Source of the DNA: Candidatus Hikarchaeia archaeon HikBin5
Lineage (GTDB): Archaea; Halobacteriota; Halobacteria; Halobacteriales; Hikarchaeaceae
Direction of reading: 5' to 3'
DNA: 64,000 nucleotides
Assembly (NCBI GenBank): GCA_009889625.1
Contig: WTZU01000002.1
Coordinates: 12,472 to 76,471, forward strand
How positions within the stretch are numbered: position 1 is the stretch's first letter; each line of letters begins with the position of its first letter. The notes under the pieces were generated by a model. It made no database searches. It was not told where the DNA came from and saw nothing but the letters and a program-made list of their open reading frames with translations. The translations under genes were made by a program, and so were the position numbers. This document shows, piece after piece, positions 49,947 through 60,911 of this stretch.

Positions 49947-50297
49947 ATGGGACGTTATCAGGCTACAGTGGAGGGCGAGATGGTTTATATTGAGGCAGAC
50001 TTGGGCCGTATAAAAGTAGGTCCTTTAAGCACCATGTTGGAAATCATAGGAGGTCCTTCCTGGACCATCATATATGATGACATAGATCGAGCCAGGGTAG
50101 ATTTGGATACATCAGATGAAGGCTTGACTATTGATGTGAGAGATACGATTGAGGCCATGACATTTGGTGGGAAATTTCTAATGACTTTGAAATCGCAACC
50201 AGAAATTGTTCCAGGAGGAAGTAATGACACTGTTTCTCCCCGATTGGGATTATTTATGGGACGTTTAATAGAAAATCTGGAGTACGGAGTTAGATGA
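49947..50297 (+). CDS. Hypothetical protein (haloarchaeal-like)
   Basis: 116 aa ORF with normal composition filling the gap; GGP.W.I.Y...DTSDEGL.IDV. Confidence 0.7.
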   Translation: MGRYQATVEGEMVYIEADLGRIKVGPLSTMLEIIGGPSWTIIYDDIDRARVDLDTSDEGLTIDVRDTIEAMTFGGKFLMTLKSQPEIVPGGSNDTVSPRLGLFMGRLIENLEYGVR

Positions 50298-50363
50298 AAG
50301 GGTCAAATGGCCCCCAATATTCGATTAGATGAGTTTAAGCCAGAGAATTGACAAACCGGAAGT

Positions 50364-50552
50364 ATGCCAATTAAGCCAGCTTATGTCAAGCGTATTTCTC
50401 GGGAATTAATAGAGAGGTATCCTGAAAAATTCTCAGATGATTTTGATGAGAATAAAGAAACAGTTTCTCTTGTCACTAATGTTGAATCTAAAAGAGTGAG
50501 AAATCGAATAGCAGGATATGTAACAAGAAAAAATAAAAAGACTAGTCAATGA
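50364..50552 (+). CDS. rps17e: 30S ribosomal protein S17e
   Basis: IKP.YVK....L.ERYP..F..DF..NK..V...SK.VRNRIAGY.TR. Confidence 0.95.
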   Translation: MPIKPAYVKRISRELIERYPEKFSDDFDENKETVSLVTNVESKRVRNRIAGYVTRKNKKTSQ

Positions 50553-50626
50553 AAGGGCTATGATCTATAATTCTTTGTGTTAGATTATCACAATCGTTTT
50601 GTCCGTTGTCGCACTATCCGATCAGT

Positions 50627-51661
50627 ATGGTAATTTCAGTAGGAATAATTGGGGCCACAGGAGCTGTTGGTCAACGATACATTCAATTGATCCAAAATCA
50701 CCCTGTGTTTGAAATAGAAGTTCTTACTGCAAGTGACAAAAGTGTGGGCAAATTGTATCGAGATGCGGTTAATTGGGGACTAGGTACACCCATGCCTGAT
50801 GAAATATCAAAAATGGAAGTAAAACCTACAATAGGCAAGAGTATTCCAGAGGATGTCGAAATATTATTTTCGGCATTGCCATCCCAAATTGCTTCAAAGG
50901 CGGAAACAAATTTGTGTAAAGAAGGATACATTATTGCATCTAATTCTTCAAACGACAGAATGTGCGAAGATGTTCCATTGGTTATTCCAGAAATAAACCC
51001 AGAACACCTGGGTCTAATTGAAATTCAACGAGAAAATAGAGGGTGGGACGGGGCACTTATAAAAAATCCCAATTGCTCAGTGATAACATTAGCACCTACC
51101 TTGAAAGCGTTGGACATATTTGGACTAGAAAGCATCCACGTTTCAACGCTTCAAGCTGTTTCTGGAGCAGGATATGATGGTGTTAAATCAATGCAAATTT
51201 TAGACAATGTGATCCCACATATCCATAATGAAGAAGAGAAATTGGAGACGGAGCCGCAAAAGATACTTGGTAAACTAGAGGGGAGTGGGATTGAAATGCA
51301 CGGGGTAGAAATATCCGCATCATGTAATCGTGTAGGAGTGATAGACGGGCATCTAGAAAATGTATGGGCTAGAACGAAAGAAAACATCACAATTGAAAAT
51401 GCCAAACGGGCATTTAAACAATTGAAGGGTTTAGATCTTCATTCATCTCCCGAAGTATTAATAGAAGTTTTTGAAGAGGCAGATAGGCCCCAACCTAGAT
51501 TGGATAGAAATAGAGGAGGGGGAATGTCGATTTCAGTTGGCGGGATTAGAAAAACGACAGATGGGATTCAATATAATTGTTTGGCGCATAACACTATTAG
51601 AGGTGCCGCAGGGGCGAGTTTACTTAATGGTGAGTTACTGATCAATAGTAAATGGTTCTAA
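50627..51661 (+). CDS. asd: Aspartate-semialdehyde dehydrogenase
   Basis: GATGAVGQR, NPNCS, QAVSGAG, EEEK, HNTIRGAAG. Confidence 0.95.
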   Translation: MVISVGIIGATGAVGQRYIQLIQNHPVFEIEVLTASDKSVGKLYRDAVNWGLGTPMPDEISKMEVKPTIGKSIPEDVEILFSALPSQIASKAETNLCKEGYIIASNSSNDRMCEDVPLVIPEINPEHLGLIEIQRENRGWDGALIKNPNCSVITLAPTLKALDIFGLESIHVSTLQAVSGAGYDGVKSMQILDNVIPHIHNEEEKLETEPQKILGKLEGSGIEMHGVEISASCNRVGVIDGHLENVWARTKENITIENAKRAFKQLKGLDLHSSPEVLIEVFEEADRPQPRLDRNRGGGMSISVGGIRKTTDGIQYNCLAHNTIRGAAGASLLNGELLINSKWF

Positions 51662-51763
51662 GAAATTGAATGGACTGTCGTATAAGAAAGATTCTTTATA
51701 GTCCAGTCTGTTGAATTAAATTTTCGATATGACTTAATAGGTTTCAAGAGATATAATCATCTG

Positions 51764-52348
51764 ATGGGCAATAGAAGGAATATCATTCTTCGTGAGATTT
51801 TTGAAAATCAAATGTGCCAATATCCCCTTAGTAACTATATCGGAGATTTTTACATGGCAATAGATGGTTCATACAGGGGGGAAACTAGCGGAATAGGAGT
51901 GATAATACAGACTTACCAGGGAAAAGACATATTGGAGATTTCTCAGCAAGGTGAATTTCCAGATAATAATGCGGCAGAATATGGGGCACTTCGAATTGGA
52001 TTGGAAACATTATTTCGATTTGTAGATCCAGATTGCAAGATAGGAATCATAACAGATCATGATCAACTTTCGTCTAACATTAATGCTATTAGGAGGGAAA
52101 ATGAAATATATTTTCCAGGTAGAATTTCAATTCCAAAGACTGTTAAAAAAGATTGGAGAGAGATACGAGAAATCGTCAATATGTGCCACCAAGTGAAATC
52201 GGTATGTATTAAATCTAAAAAGAATCCAGCACATAGGTTGGCAAACTTAGTTAGAGGACATACAACATATGGATATGCTGAAGAAAGTATTATCCAAATC
52301 CCACCGCCTTCAAGGGCAATTCGAAGAGGGAAAATTAGAGAGACTTGA
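51764..52348 (+). CDS. Ribonuclease HI-like protein
   Basis: AIDGS, G.GVII, DNN.AEY.AL..GL, ITDHD, NPAH.LA. Confidence 0.75.
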   Translation: MGNRRNIILREIFENQMCQYPLSNYIGDFYMAIDGSYRGETSGIGVIIQTYQGKDILEISQQGEFPDNNAAEYGALRIGLETLFRFVDPDCKIGIITDHDQLSSNINAIRRENEIYFPGRISIPKTVKKDWREIREIVNMCHQVKSVCIKSKKNPAHRLANLVRGHTTYGYAEESIIQIPPPSRAIRRGKIRET

Positions 52349-53651
52349 GTGCTAAATCATTTGCTTTTTGAGATTTTTTGAGCCGGGTTTGAAGAGATTT
52401 TTGATATTCTTTAAGATCAATAGTCTGGCGAGCCACCCCAGATTCCATTGCTGCTTCTGCAACTTTTGGTGCGACTTCAAACAAGACACGAGGGTCAACT
52501 GGTTTTGGGATGATGTAATCAGGACCAAACTCTATTTTATCGCCGCCGTACGCTTGGACAACATCGTCGATGACATCTTTTCGAGCTAGATCGGCTAGTG
52601 CTTGTGATGCGGCTATTTTCATTTCTTCGTTTATATCCTTTGCACGAACATCCAATGCACCTCGGAAAATAAATGGGAATCCAAGAACATTGTTCACTTG
52701 GTTTGGGAAATCGGAACGGCCAGTTGCCATTATCACAGTATCGTCTCTAACGGCTTTGGCTTCATAATATCCTATTTCTGGATCGGGGTTTGCCATGGCA
52801 AATATGATAGGGTCATTGGCCATAGATCGAACCATCTCTTCGCTGACTAACCCCCCGATTGATAAACCCACAAACACGTCAGATCCGTCCATGGCATCGG
52901 ATAGATTTCCTTCTTCTTCGCTTGAAAACTCTTGTTTATATTCATTGATATCGTCGCGTTTATTGGACAGAATTCCTTTAGAATCCACCATAACAATGTT
53001 TTCTTTTTTTGCCCCTAGAGAAACATAGAATTTTGCGGTTGCAATTGCACTTGCCCCAGCTCCAGAGAATACTATCTTTAAATCAGATATGTCTTTAGAA
53101 ATTATATCTGCTGCATTGATCAGAGCCGCTCCCGAGATGATTGCAGTTCCATGTTGATCATCATGGAACACAGGAATATTCAACTGAGATCTCAATTGAC
53201 GTTCGATTTCGAAGCACTCGGGGGCTTTTATATCTTCTAGATTGATCCCTCCAAAAGTGGGTTCAAGGGCTTTGACAGTTGACACTACTTCTTCAACTGT
53301 GGAAGGTGTTATTTCGATATCAAAAACATTGATGTCTGCGAATCTTTTGAAAAGTACCCCTTTTCCTTCCATGACAGGTTTAGAAGCAGAAGGTCCAATA
53401 TCACCTAGTCCTAAAACTGCAGTTCCATTTGAAACGACTGCAACGAGATTGCCCTTTCCTGTGTAAACATAAGAATCCTCTTCATTGTTATGGATTTCCA
53501 TGCAGGGAGCAGCCACTCCGGGGGAATATGCCAATGTCAAATCCCATTGAGTATCTGCCGGTTTTGTAGTAAATATAGATAGTTTTCCAGGAGGATCTAT
53601 TTTATGATAAGTAAGTGCCTCCTCTTGCATAGATTTTTCTTCATTGTCCAT
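52335..53651 (-). CDS. mae: NAD(P)-dependent malic enzyme (no PTA domain)
   Basis: [57 protein letters not shown]. Confidence 0.94.
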   Translation of the reverse strand: MDNEEKSMQEEALTYHKIDPPGKLSIFTTKPADTQWDLTLAYSPGVAAPCMEIHNNEEDSYVYTGKGNLVAVVSNGTAVLGLGDIGPSASKPVMEGKGVLFKRFADINVFDIEITPSTVEEVVSTVKALEPTFGGINLEDIKAPECFEIERQLRSQLNIPVFHDDQHGTAIISGAALINAADIISKDISDLKIVFSGAGASAIATAKFYVSLGAKKENIVMVDSKGILSNKRDDINEYKQEFSSEEEGNLSDAMDGSDVFVGLSIGGLVSEEMVRSMANDPIIFAMANPDPEIGYYEAKAVRDDTVIMATGRSDFPNQVNNVLGFPFIFRGALDVRAKDINEEMKIAASQALADLARKDVIDDVVQAYGGDKIEFGPDYIIPKPVDPRVLFEVAPKVAEAAMESGVARQTIDLKEYQKSLQTRLKKSQKANDLALKSL

Positions 53652-53773
53652 GATGATATATGAAAAAGGAGGAGTAAAAAGCATTCTATATGCAAAAATA
53701 GTAGATGTCAAGAGAACACATGATAGAAATACTAAATTAATTGGAGATAGATATGATCATCAGATCAAAGAAA

Positions 53774-54241
53774 ATGACGTCTCAATTTATGAAAATTGTC
53801 ACAGGTTTGACATTTGTTTTGTTGATGGTAGGAGTGTACACGAAAGAGATAGGAGCCGATTTGACTTGTGGCATGAAATGGCCGATGTGTGATGGTGCGA
53901 TATATGGATTGTTTCCTGCAAACCTACCCAGTGCAATTGAATGGTTGCATCGATTTTTGGCACTGGTAGTGGGTATATTAATATTAGTTTGTGCATATCG
54001 GGCTTGGAAGATATACGGAATTGAAGCAAGAATTACAAGGGTCATTTTATTCGCTGTATTATTACTTCCAATTCAAATTGTACTAGGGGCATTGACAGTG
54101 GTAAAATTTGAAGTATTCTCTAGAGAAAATAGAATATTATTTGAACCATTGATAAGCGTATTCCACAATGGGGTCGGTGTGGCCATACTAACTTTACTAG
54201 TTGCTGCAACGTTATGGGAACAAGAAATGGAGATTAGTTAG
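53774..54241 (+). CDS. Heme A synthase-like protein, single-domain COX15/CtaA type
   Basis: GA.L.C...WP.CDG, EW.HR, Q..LGA.TV, H; four TM helices. Confidence 0.85.
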   Translation: MTSQFMKIVTGLTFVLLMVGVYTKEIGADLTCGMKWPMCDGAIYGLFPANLPSAIEWLHRFLALVVGILILVCAYRAWKIYGIEARITRVILFAVLLLPIQIVLGALTVVKFEVFSRENRILFEPLISVFHNGVGVAILTLLVAATLWEQEMEIS

Positions 54242-54254
54242 ATAGGGAATTGGA

Positions 54255-55655
54255 TCAAATAAAGTTAGATAAATCGGATTGGGAACGGGGATCTTCGGGG
54301 GGAAGCTCTGGTTCTTCGATAGGATGGGAATCGGGGGGAGAAAATGGCTTGGGAAGAGGTGACTTTTCCATAAGATTTGATGCCTGTCTTAACACGGTTG
54401 CTTCTTCAAGTATATCTTTAATTTTTTTAGTTTTCTTCCCAGATCCGGTTAAATAAGAAAGTGTGTCAATATCTAGTTCATATGCAGCTGCGATATGAAC
54501 TGTTAAGATTCTATTTTTGCAATTCTTGACCATCGTTTTAATCAAAGGTAGTATTTCAATACGAGAGGTCCCAATACTAGTTCCACTAGCTGTAGATATC
54601 GATTCTGCCACACTATCTCGTAGAGCGCGAGAGGATCTAGATGCACCGAGTCTTTGCCAATACCTAGGTGGACCATACCTAGTCCACCCATTTGTTTTGG
54701 AGGGTTTTCTAGAAGCTGCAACTCCAGCTATCATCACATCTCTAGCATATCTCCAGTAAGAATAGTTCTGAGTTAGTCTAGTCCGGGTAAGCCAAGTTTC
54801 AGCACGGGATAAATGTTCATACGCACGAGCTAATTCGGAACTATCGAAATCATTAGGCACGTTTTCATCCACCCAAGAGAGAAGATTATCAGGAGTTTCA
54901 TTAACATCATATGAAGAATATATTGCTTCTTTTGGAGTTAATTTTTTGAAAAGATTGTTTAAAAACTCAAAAATATTTTCCTCTTTGTTTCTAGAACTAG
55001 TTACTATATTCTCACAGTAGACGTGCCCATCAAGAGAAACCGCGGCTTGTAGATCGTTAATTGCCCCTCGTAAATCGCCGCTATTTCGTTCAGAGATTAG
55101 TTCGAGTGCACCTGATTCAAATGAAAATTCCTCTTGTTCGCATATGTGGCGCAAAACTGGCAATATAGACCTAGAAGAGAGATCATTGAATCGTATAGAA
55201 TCGCACGCATTACGGAGGCCCCTACTCATATTGTAATAGTCGTTTGCAATTAGTACAATGGGTTGTGAAGATTCTTTTATTAATTTAGTAAGTGCAGCAG
55301 AACCGCCACGATCGTAAGTCCCATGTAAATTGTCTGCTTCGTCTAGGATTATAAGTTTCCTACCTTGATTGCCTCCAGAAATTGTACCAGTACTAGCGGC
55401 ATTTTTTGCGATTTGGTTTATTATTTTTGCAGTGCGTTGATCGGAGGCATTTAATTCTATTGCATCCCAACCCAGATCCGAAGCGAGAGCATGTGCTGCA
55501 GATGTTTTCCCAACCCCAGGATTCCCATGGAGAACAACAGCTGGAGAATTGGGGAGCCAATTTGATGCCCATTCTAAAAAGGTACCAATCGCTTTATCAT
55601 TTCCACGGATAGAATCTAGCGTTTTTGGGCGATATTTCTCTGTGAGACTTGCCAT
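54255..55655 (-). CDS. rfcL: Replication factor C large subunit
   Basis: EKYRP, GNPGVGKT, ELNASD.R, LDEAD, GDLR.AINDLQ, C-terminal PIP-like QSDLSNF. Confidence 0.93.
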   Translation of the reverse strand: MASLTEKYRPKTLDSIRGNDKAIGTFLEWASNWLPNSPAVVLHGNPGVGKTSAAHALASDLGWDAIELNASDQRTAKIINQIAKNAASTGTISGGNQGRKLIILDEADNLHGTYDRGGSAALTKLIKESSQPIVLIANDYYNMSRGLRNACDSIRFNDLSSRSILPVLRHICEQEEFSFESGALELISERNSGDLRGAINDLQAAVSLDGHVYCENIVTSSRNKEENIFEFLNNLFKKLTPKEAIYSSYDVNETPDNLLSWVDENVPNDFDSSELARAYEHLSRAETWLTRTRLTQNYSYWRYARDVMIAGVAASRKPSKTNGWTRYGPPRYWQRLGASRSSRALRDSVAESISTASGTSIGTSRIEILPLIKTMVKNCKNRILTVHIAAAYELDIDTLSYLTGSGKKTKKIKDILEEATVLRQASNLMEKSPLPKPFSPPDSHPIEEPELPPEDPRSQSDLSNFI

Positions 55656-55737
55656 TGAACGTAATATAGATATCGAGAGGGTTTAGTGATTGCGGAGAAA
55701 GGGGGGACATAAGAAGCTGTGATGTGAAGTAGCCCAT

Positions 55738-55851
55738 ATGTCAGTTAAAAGAAATATATTGAAAGTGATGGGAGGAACAGTGCTCATTTACATAATTCTT
55801 CTATCTGTGTTGGCAATAGTTTTGTTTATAATTCCAACTATATTATTATAG
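55738..55851 (+). CDS. Putative single-TM microprotein (not in ORF track)
   Basis: 37 aa MSVKRNILKVMGGTVLIYIILLSVLAIVLFIIPTILL; basic N-terminus plus hydrophobic helix; fills the rfcL-pan gap. Confidence 0.45.
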   Translation: MSVKRNILKVMGGTVLIYIILLSVLAIVLFIIPTILL

Positions 55852-55913
55852 TAAATATTCGAGCATGGAATGAAAGTTAATAAGAAATGGTAGAATTGGA
55901 AAGAGACTATTGG

Positions 55914-57128
55914 TTATGCATAAATCACAGATTCGGAATCGTCCGATTCACTTGGATCATGAGTCATTAGATCAATAGAGGTGAGGAAATCATCGTTAGT
56001 TATTTCAGTTCTTGTTTCTCGGATTGCAGTCATTCCCGCTTCAGTACAAATTGCTTTTATATCAGCGCCACTGCAACCAGGAGTAAGTTCAGATAGTTGC
56101 TTGAAATCAATTTTATCAGAGAGATTCATATTTTTAGTGTGAATTTCAAAAATCCTTTCCCTAGCTTCTTCTTTTGGATAAGGGATCTCGATTAGTCGGT
56201 CGAACCTGCCGGGGCGTAAAATGGCCTCATCAAGCATATCAAACCGATTGGTTGCCGCAATTAGTCGGATATTACCACGGTCGTCGAAGCCATCCAGGCT
56301 TGCAAGTAATTGCATCATGGTTCTTTGAACCTCTGCATCTCCAGAAGTTTTAGATTCTATACGTTGGGATGCGATCGCGTCTACTTCGTCGATGAAAATA
56401 ATGGCGGGTTCATTTGCTAGAGCAAGTTGGAAGATATCTCGCACTAGGCGGGATCCTTCTCCGATGAATTTGTGCACTAGTTCAGAACCAGCTAGTTTGA
56501 TGAAAGATGCATTTGTCTTATTTGCTACGGCTTTGGCTAAGAGGGTTTTTCCAGTCCCAGGGGGACCATGCAATAGAACTCCTGCAGGAGGTTCGACGCC
56601 AACTGTTTTGAATATTTCAGGGTTTTCAAGTGGTATTTCGACGGCTTCTCGGATTTGTTGGATCTCTTTATCTAGCCCCCCGATATCAGAATAAGTAACA
56701 GTTGGGCATTCGTCTATTTGCATTGCTTGGGCTCTGAGGTCAGTTTCTTCTTCCAATATATGAACGATAGAGAGTGCACTATTAACTGCAACTCTAGATC
56801 CGGGTTTGATTTCTTCTTGGAGTTCGGGGAGAGAGACAGTGATTGCTTCTTGATTATTCCCATGTTGCCGGATGATGATGCCTTCTGGGGAAACCTCTTG
56901 CACAGTGGCTATGAATAGAGGTGGTTGTCGTAATTGTTGATTTTCGTGGTTTAAACGCTCTAGTTTTTGCAGAAACTTACTATTCTCAGCAGTTATATCT
57001 AGTAACTTATCTTGTAACTCGCTGTTTTTATCCCGGAATTCTTGTAATTCTTCATTCAGAATTTCAAGTTGTTGTTCAGGGGGCAGATCATCCTTTGGAG
57101 AGAGGTCCGCACTGTCGGTGGCATCCAT
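55914..57128 (-). CDS. pan: Proteasome-activating nucleotidase
   Basis: N-terminal coiled coil, DIGGL, GPPGTGKT, FIDEVDA, EVQRT, ATNR...LD.AILRPGRFDR, C-terminal HbYX (IYA). Confidence 0.95.
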   Translation of the reverse strand: MDATDSADLSPKDDLPPEQQLEILNEELQEFRDKNSELQDKLLDITAENSKFLQKLERLNHENQQLRQPPLFIATVQEVSPEGIIIRQHGNNQEAITVSLPELQEEIKPGSRVAVNSALSIVHILEEETDLRAQAMQIDECPTVTYSDIGGLDKEIQQIREAVEIPLENPEIFKTVGVEPPAGVLLHGPPGTGKTLLAKAVANKTNASFIKLAGSELVHKFIGEGSRLVRDIFQLALANEPAIIFIDEVDAIASQRIESKTSGDAEVQRTMMQLLASLDGFDDRGNIRLIAATNRFDMLDEAILRPGRFDRLIEIPYPKEEARERIFEIHTKNMNLSDKIDFKQLSELTPGCSGADIKAICTEAGMTAIRETRTEITNDDFLTSIDLMTHDPSESDDSESVIYA

Positions 57129-57304
57129 TATGGCGCGAATAGAAGTTCATTACATATGAGTTTTCGGATGGGGAACGAGGAGGAAGAGGAGGGCATAAAT
57201 TGATTTATTTGAGAATTCATGGGCCATGTTTGGATTAAAAATTATGTTTTTAAGTAATAAAATTGTATCGAAAATATTAATACCAGACATTATGTAGGAG
57301 ATAT

Positions 57305-57565
57305 ATGGGCAAATCTATTGGTAAAAGTTGGAAACCCGGTGAAGTCGGTCCAAATAGGATAGAGGAACTCCCCCCTAGTGCAAAACTTGTATTAAAAGTT
57401 TTAGAATATAATGAGGAATTGACTCAAAGGGAACTAATAGAAGAAACGCTGCTTCCATCACGCACGGTGAGATATGCACTTGCAAGGTTAGAAAAAGCTC
57501 GTTTGATTGAGGTCAGGTTTGCTACATCAGATGCCAGAATAAGGATATATTCCATAATTGCATAG
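57305..57565 (+). CDS. MarR/winged-HTH transcriptional regulator
   Basis: LPPSAKLV.KVLEY...LTQ..L.EET.L..RTVRYAL..L...DAR...Y. Confidence 0.88.
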   Translation: MGKSIGKSWKPGEVGPNRIEELPPSAKLVLKVLEYNEELTQRELIEETLLPSRTVRYALARLEKARLIEVRFATSDARIRIYSIIA

Positions 57566-57631
57566 ACCCGTATAGTTCATGTAGAAAACTAAAGAAAATG
57601 ATTTAGGAATGAAACGATAGTAGATAGACAT

Positions 57632-58837
57632 ATGGGGCGAATAATACATACAGGAGATACACACATTGGGTATCTGCAATATCATTTGCCATCCAGACAA
57701 AGTGATTTTTTAAACGCTTTTAAAAGAGTAGTTCAAGATGCAATAGATGGAGATTTTGATGCAATTGTTCATTCTGGTGATCTTTTTGATAAAATAAATC
57801 CAGATCTAAAAGATATTGCAGGTACTATTGAAATTCTACAATTGGCGAAGGGAAAGGTACCAATTCTTGCAATTGCTGGAAATCATGAGATGAGAAGGGG
57901 AGGGATACAATGGATTGATTTATTCGATAGACTTGGTTTGGTCAAGCATCTTGATGAAAGTCCATACATAATTAAAGATCAAGAAGGAGATATTGCGATA
58001 TACGGGATGGACTATGTACATCAAGATAAAAGAGAAGAGTTAGATTATCAGTTTGAAGATAGTCAATCGAAATACAAAATTCTAGTTTCCCATGGGCAGT
58101 TTACACCATTAGTTCTTGTCCCAGGTAGGAATGCTTGGGACTTAGAAATGGTTTTGGAATCCTCAAATATTAAATTTGATGTTGTTTTACTTGGCGACGA
58201 GCACGGGCAAAAGCAAAAAATGATAGGAGATGTATGGGCAACGTATTGCGGGTCTACAGAGAGAGCATCAATAAAAGAACGTGAAAGAAGGAGTTACAAT
58301 ATCATAGACCTGAAAGATGGAATAAATATTAGCACAAGGAACATCCAAACTCGTGAATTTGTATACATCGAAGAAGAAATTACAGAACAAGATGGTATTG
58401 GTTATTTGTATGATCGGATAAAAGAGGAAGAACATAAATTTGTGGATGCTGTTGTAATTATTACCGTAGAAAATAAAGGAAGAAAAATCCCCATTTCAGA
58501 GATAGAAGAATACTGTAAACAGAGGGGTGCGATTTATGTGCAAATTAAATCAAAAGTTGGAGAAGAAGGAGAAACTAGAGTGGGAGAATGGGTCTCTTTT
58601 GAAGATCCTTCTGAGGCCATAGAATCAGGGATAGAAGCCCTGGGTTTAACTGATATTTCTCGTCAGATCGACCTAATAGTTCGTGATCAAAATATATTAG
58701 ATAGCAATCTCAAAATACATGTGAAAGAATTAATAGAAGAATTCCGGAATGGGATGAAAGGGTTAGAAGAGCCAGGAGTTGAAGACAACGATAAAAATGG
58801 GAAATCAGAAGAATATACTCTCGGTGATTTTTCATGA
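57632..58837 (+). CDS. mre11: DNA double-strand break repair nuclease Mre11
   Basis: HTGDTHIG, H.GDLF, GNHE, SHG, LLGD.H, YCGSTER. Confidence 0.94.
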   Translation: MGRIIHTGDTHIGYLQYHLPSRQSDFLNAFKRVVQDAIDGDFDAIVHSGDLFDKINPDLKDIAGTIEILQLAKGKVPILAIAGNHEMRRGGIQWIDLFDRLGLVKHLDESPYIIKDQEGDIAIYGMDYVHQDKREELDYQFEDSQSKYKILVSHGQFTPLVLVPGRNAWDLEMVLESSNIKFDVVLLGDEHGQKQKMIGDVWATYCGSTERASIKERERRSYNIIDLKDGINISTRNIQTREFVYIEEEITEQDGIGYLYDRIKEEEHKFVDAVVIITVENKGRKIPISEIEEYCKQRGAIYVQIKSKVGEEGETRVGEWVSFEDPSEAIESGIEALGLTDISRQIDLIVRDQNILDSNLKIHVKELIEEFRNGMKGLEEPGVEDNDKNGKSEEYTLGDFS

Positions 58838-60906
58838 AATTTGATCATTTGCAGCTGAAGAATTTTAAGCCATATAGAGATCTCCAACTAAATTTCAAAG
58901 AAGGAGTAATTATAATATATGGGCCAAATGGATCGGGGAAATCAACGCTATTAGATGCTTGTTTTTTTGCATTGTATGGAAAAGTATCAGCTAGAGGGAA
59001 GTTGGAAGAGATAATCACTAAGGGGGAAGCAAAAACTCAAGTTAACTTGATATTTTCTCAAGGGGAAAATTCATTCAATATTGAAAGGGAAATTACAATG
59101 AGAGGCGGTGCTGCGATAACAACAAAATGTACATTGAAAACGCCTACAGAAATTATATCAGGAAGTGGAATGGTTGGTAAAGAGATTGAAAAGATATTAG
59201 GAATGAGCCATGATGAATTTTTAAATTGTGCATATGTTCGCCAGGGCGAAATAAATAAATTAATAGATGCGACTCCATCTGAGAGGCAACGGTTTATAGA
59301 TGAATTACTACAACTTGGATTGCTTAAAAAATATGAAGATAGAATTTCAAAAGCACGTCTGTCGATAGTAGAGATGGCCTCAGAGCAAAAGGGTGCAATT
59401 GAAGAATTGAATAATCAATTGGGTAAAAAGGATCAGAGTGATCTATCGAAAGAGATCGAACATTTAGAAGAGAATGAGATTAAGATTAATACAGAAATTA
59501 AAAAATTAAATGAGAGCAGTGATCAGAGACGGAATGCCATAATCAAATTGGAAAAAATTATTGAATCTCATGGAGAAATTAAAGATGAAATAAAAAATCT
59601 TGGGATTAATATTAAAAGAAATAGTGAAGAATTAGTAGCATCAAAAAAAGCTTTCTCGAAAAATAATGAAGAAATGGCAAATGAGAGGAATGGAATTCAA
59701 GAAGAAATAAAAAAGGGACGGATTTTAGAAGAAGAAATAGACAACATAATATTGAGAAGTGAAACTGAAATTCAATATAAATTGGGGAGCTTGGAACTAA
59801 TTGAAGATGTATTAAACAATTTAAAAATTGAGATAAAGGCAAGTGAAAACGAAATTGGAAAAATGGAAAAGTTGATACAAGAAGGTAAATGTCCTGAATG
59901 TGGTAAAGAGATAGAAGGGGCACCTAGAATCGCATCGTTGGAAAAAGAGAGAGAGGACCTATCTGAAAAAATCATTTTGTTTGAAGGGTTAAATAAAGAG
60001 TGGATAGAATGTAAAGAATTGAGTCAAAAAATAGGAGATTATAACAAAGTTAGTGTAGAAGTCAGACGGAGGGGTGATCAATTGAATAGGCTAGAGTCTT
60101 CTGGTAAAATAATAAAAGGTGGGATTCAAGTAAAACAAGAATTACTCTTGGAAAATCAAACGAGATTGAAGAAATTGGAAATGGAATCTGGAGAAGATGG
60201 AGAAATAGAGACTATAGAAATGGAGAAGAAATCAGTGGAGAAGGAACTAGAAACTATTAAAAAAGATTTGGGTTCTTTGGAAGTGAAAAGGGAAAAGGTG
60301 AATCTAGAGAAGGTGCAGAAAAAGTTAGAAAGGATAGAAATAAAAGATCTAAAGGAGAGGATAAAAACTCTTGAGAAAGACAAAAGTGATATAGAATTGA
60401 TAATAGACGAAAGTGAAAAGTTGAAAAGTTATTATGGGATGTTAAGGGTAGAATTGAGACAGAAAAATCTTACCCGTCTAGAAATTTTGTTGAATGAAAT
60501 GTTCCAAACAATATATCAAAATGATGCATACGATCAGATTGAACTTGATGAATCATACGATTTATTAGTCTATCAAAAGGACGGAGAATTTTTGAATCCT
60601 AGGCAATTGTCAGGAGGAGAACGTGCGTTGTTCAATTTGAGCCTTAGGTCTGCAATATATAGATTGTTGATAGAAGGCTCTAGAGGAGTGATTCCAATGC
60701 CACCTTTGATATTAGATGAGCCGACCGTGTTCTTAGATGAAGGGCATGTGGGAAAATTGAGTGACTTGATTGAATCAATGCAAAATATAGGAGTGGAGCA
60801 AATTCTAATTGTAAGTCATGATGAAGAATTGCTTGATGCCGGTGGTTCGGTGATTGTAGTTGGGAAAGAATCTACAACTAACCGGTCGGAAGTGACTTTA
60901 ATCTGA
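58834..60906 (+). CDS. rad50: DNA repair ATPase Rad50 (short, 690 aa)
   Basis: L.NFK.Y, GPNGSGKST, YVRQGE, CPECG zinc hook, LSGGER, LDEPT..LD, VSH. Confidence 0.95.
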   Translation: MKFDHLQLKNFKPYRDLQLNFKEGVIIIYGPNGSGKSTLLDACFFALYGKVSARGKLEEIITKGEAKTQVNLIFSQGENSFNIEREITMRGGAAITTKCTLKTPTEIISGSGMVGKEIEKILGMSHDEFLNCAYVRQGEINKLIDATPSERQRFIDELLQLGLLKKYEDRISKARLSIVEMASEQKGAIEELNNQLGKKDQSDLSKEIEHLEENEIKINTEIKKLNESSDQRRNAIIKLEKIIESHGEIKDEIKNLGINIKRNSEELVASKKAFSKNNEEMANERNGIQEEIKKGRILEEEIDNIILRSETEIQYKLGSLELIEDVLNNLKIEIKASENEIGKMEKLIQEGKCPECGKEIEGAPRIASLEKEREDLSEKIILFEGLNKEWIECKELSQKIGDYNKVSVEVRRRGDQLNRLESSGKIIKGGIQVKQELLLENQTRLKKLEMESGEDGEIETIEMEKKSVEKELETIKKDLGSLEVKREKVNLEKVQKKLERIEIKDLKERIKTLEKDKSDIELIIDESEKLKSYYGMLRVELRQKNLTRLEILLNEMFQTIYQNDAYDQIELDESYDLLVYQKDGEFLNPRQLSGGERALFNLSLRSAIYRLLIEGSRGVIPMPPLILDEPTVFLDEGHVGKLSDLIESMQNIGVEQILIVSHDEELLDAGGSVIVVGKESTTNRSEVTLI

Positions 60907-60911
60907 TTCTG

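Noticed and set aside
51671..51705. Imperfect hairpin after asd
   Set aside because: Bulged and AT-rich; cannot distinguish a terminator from chance
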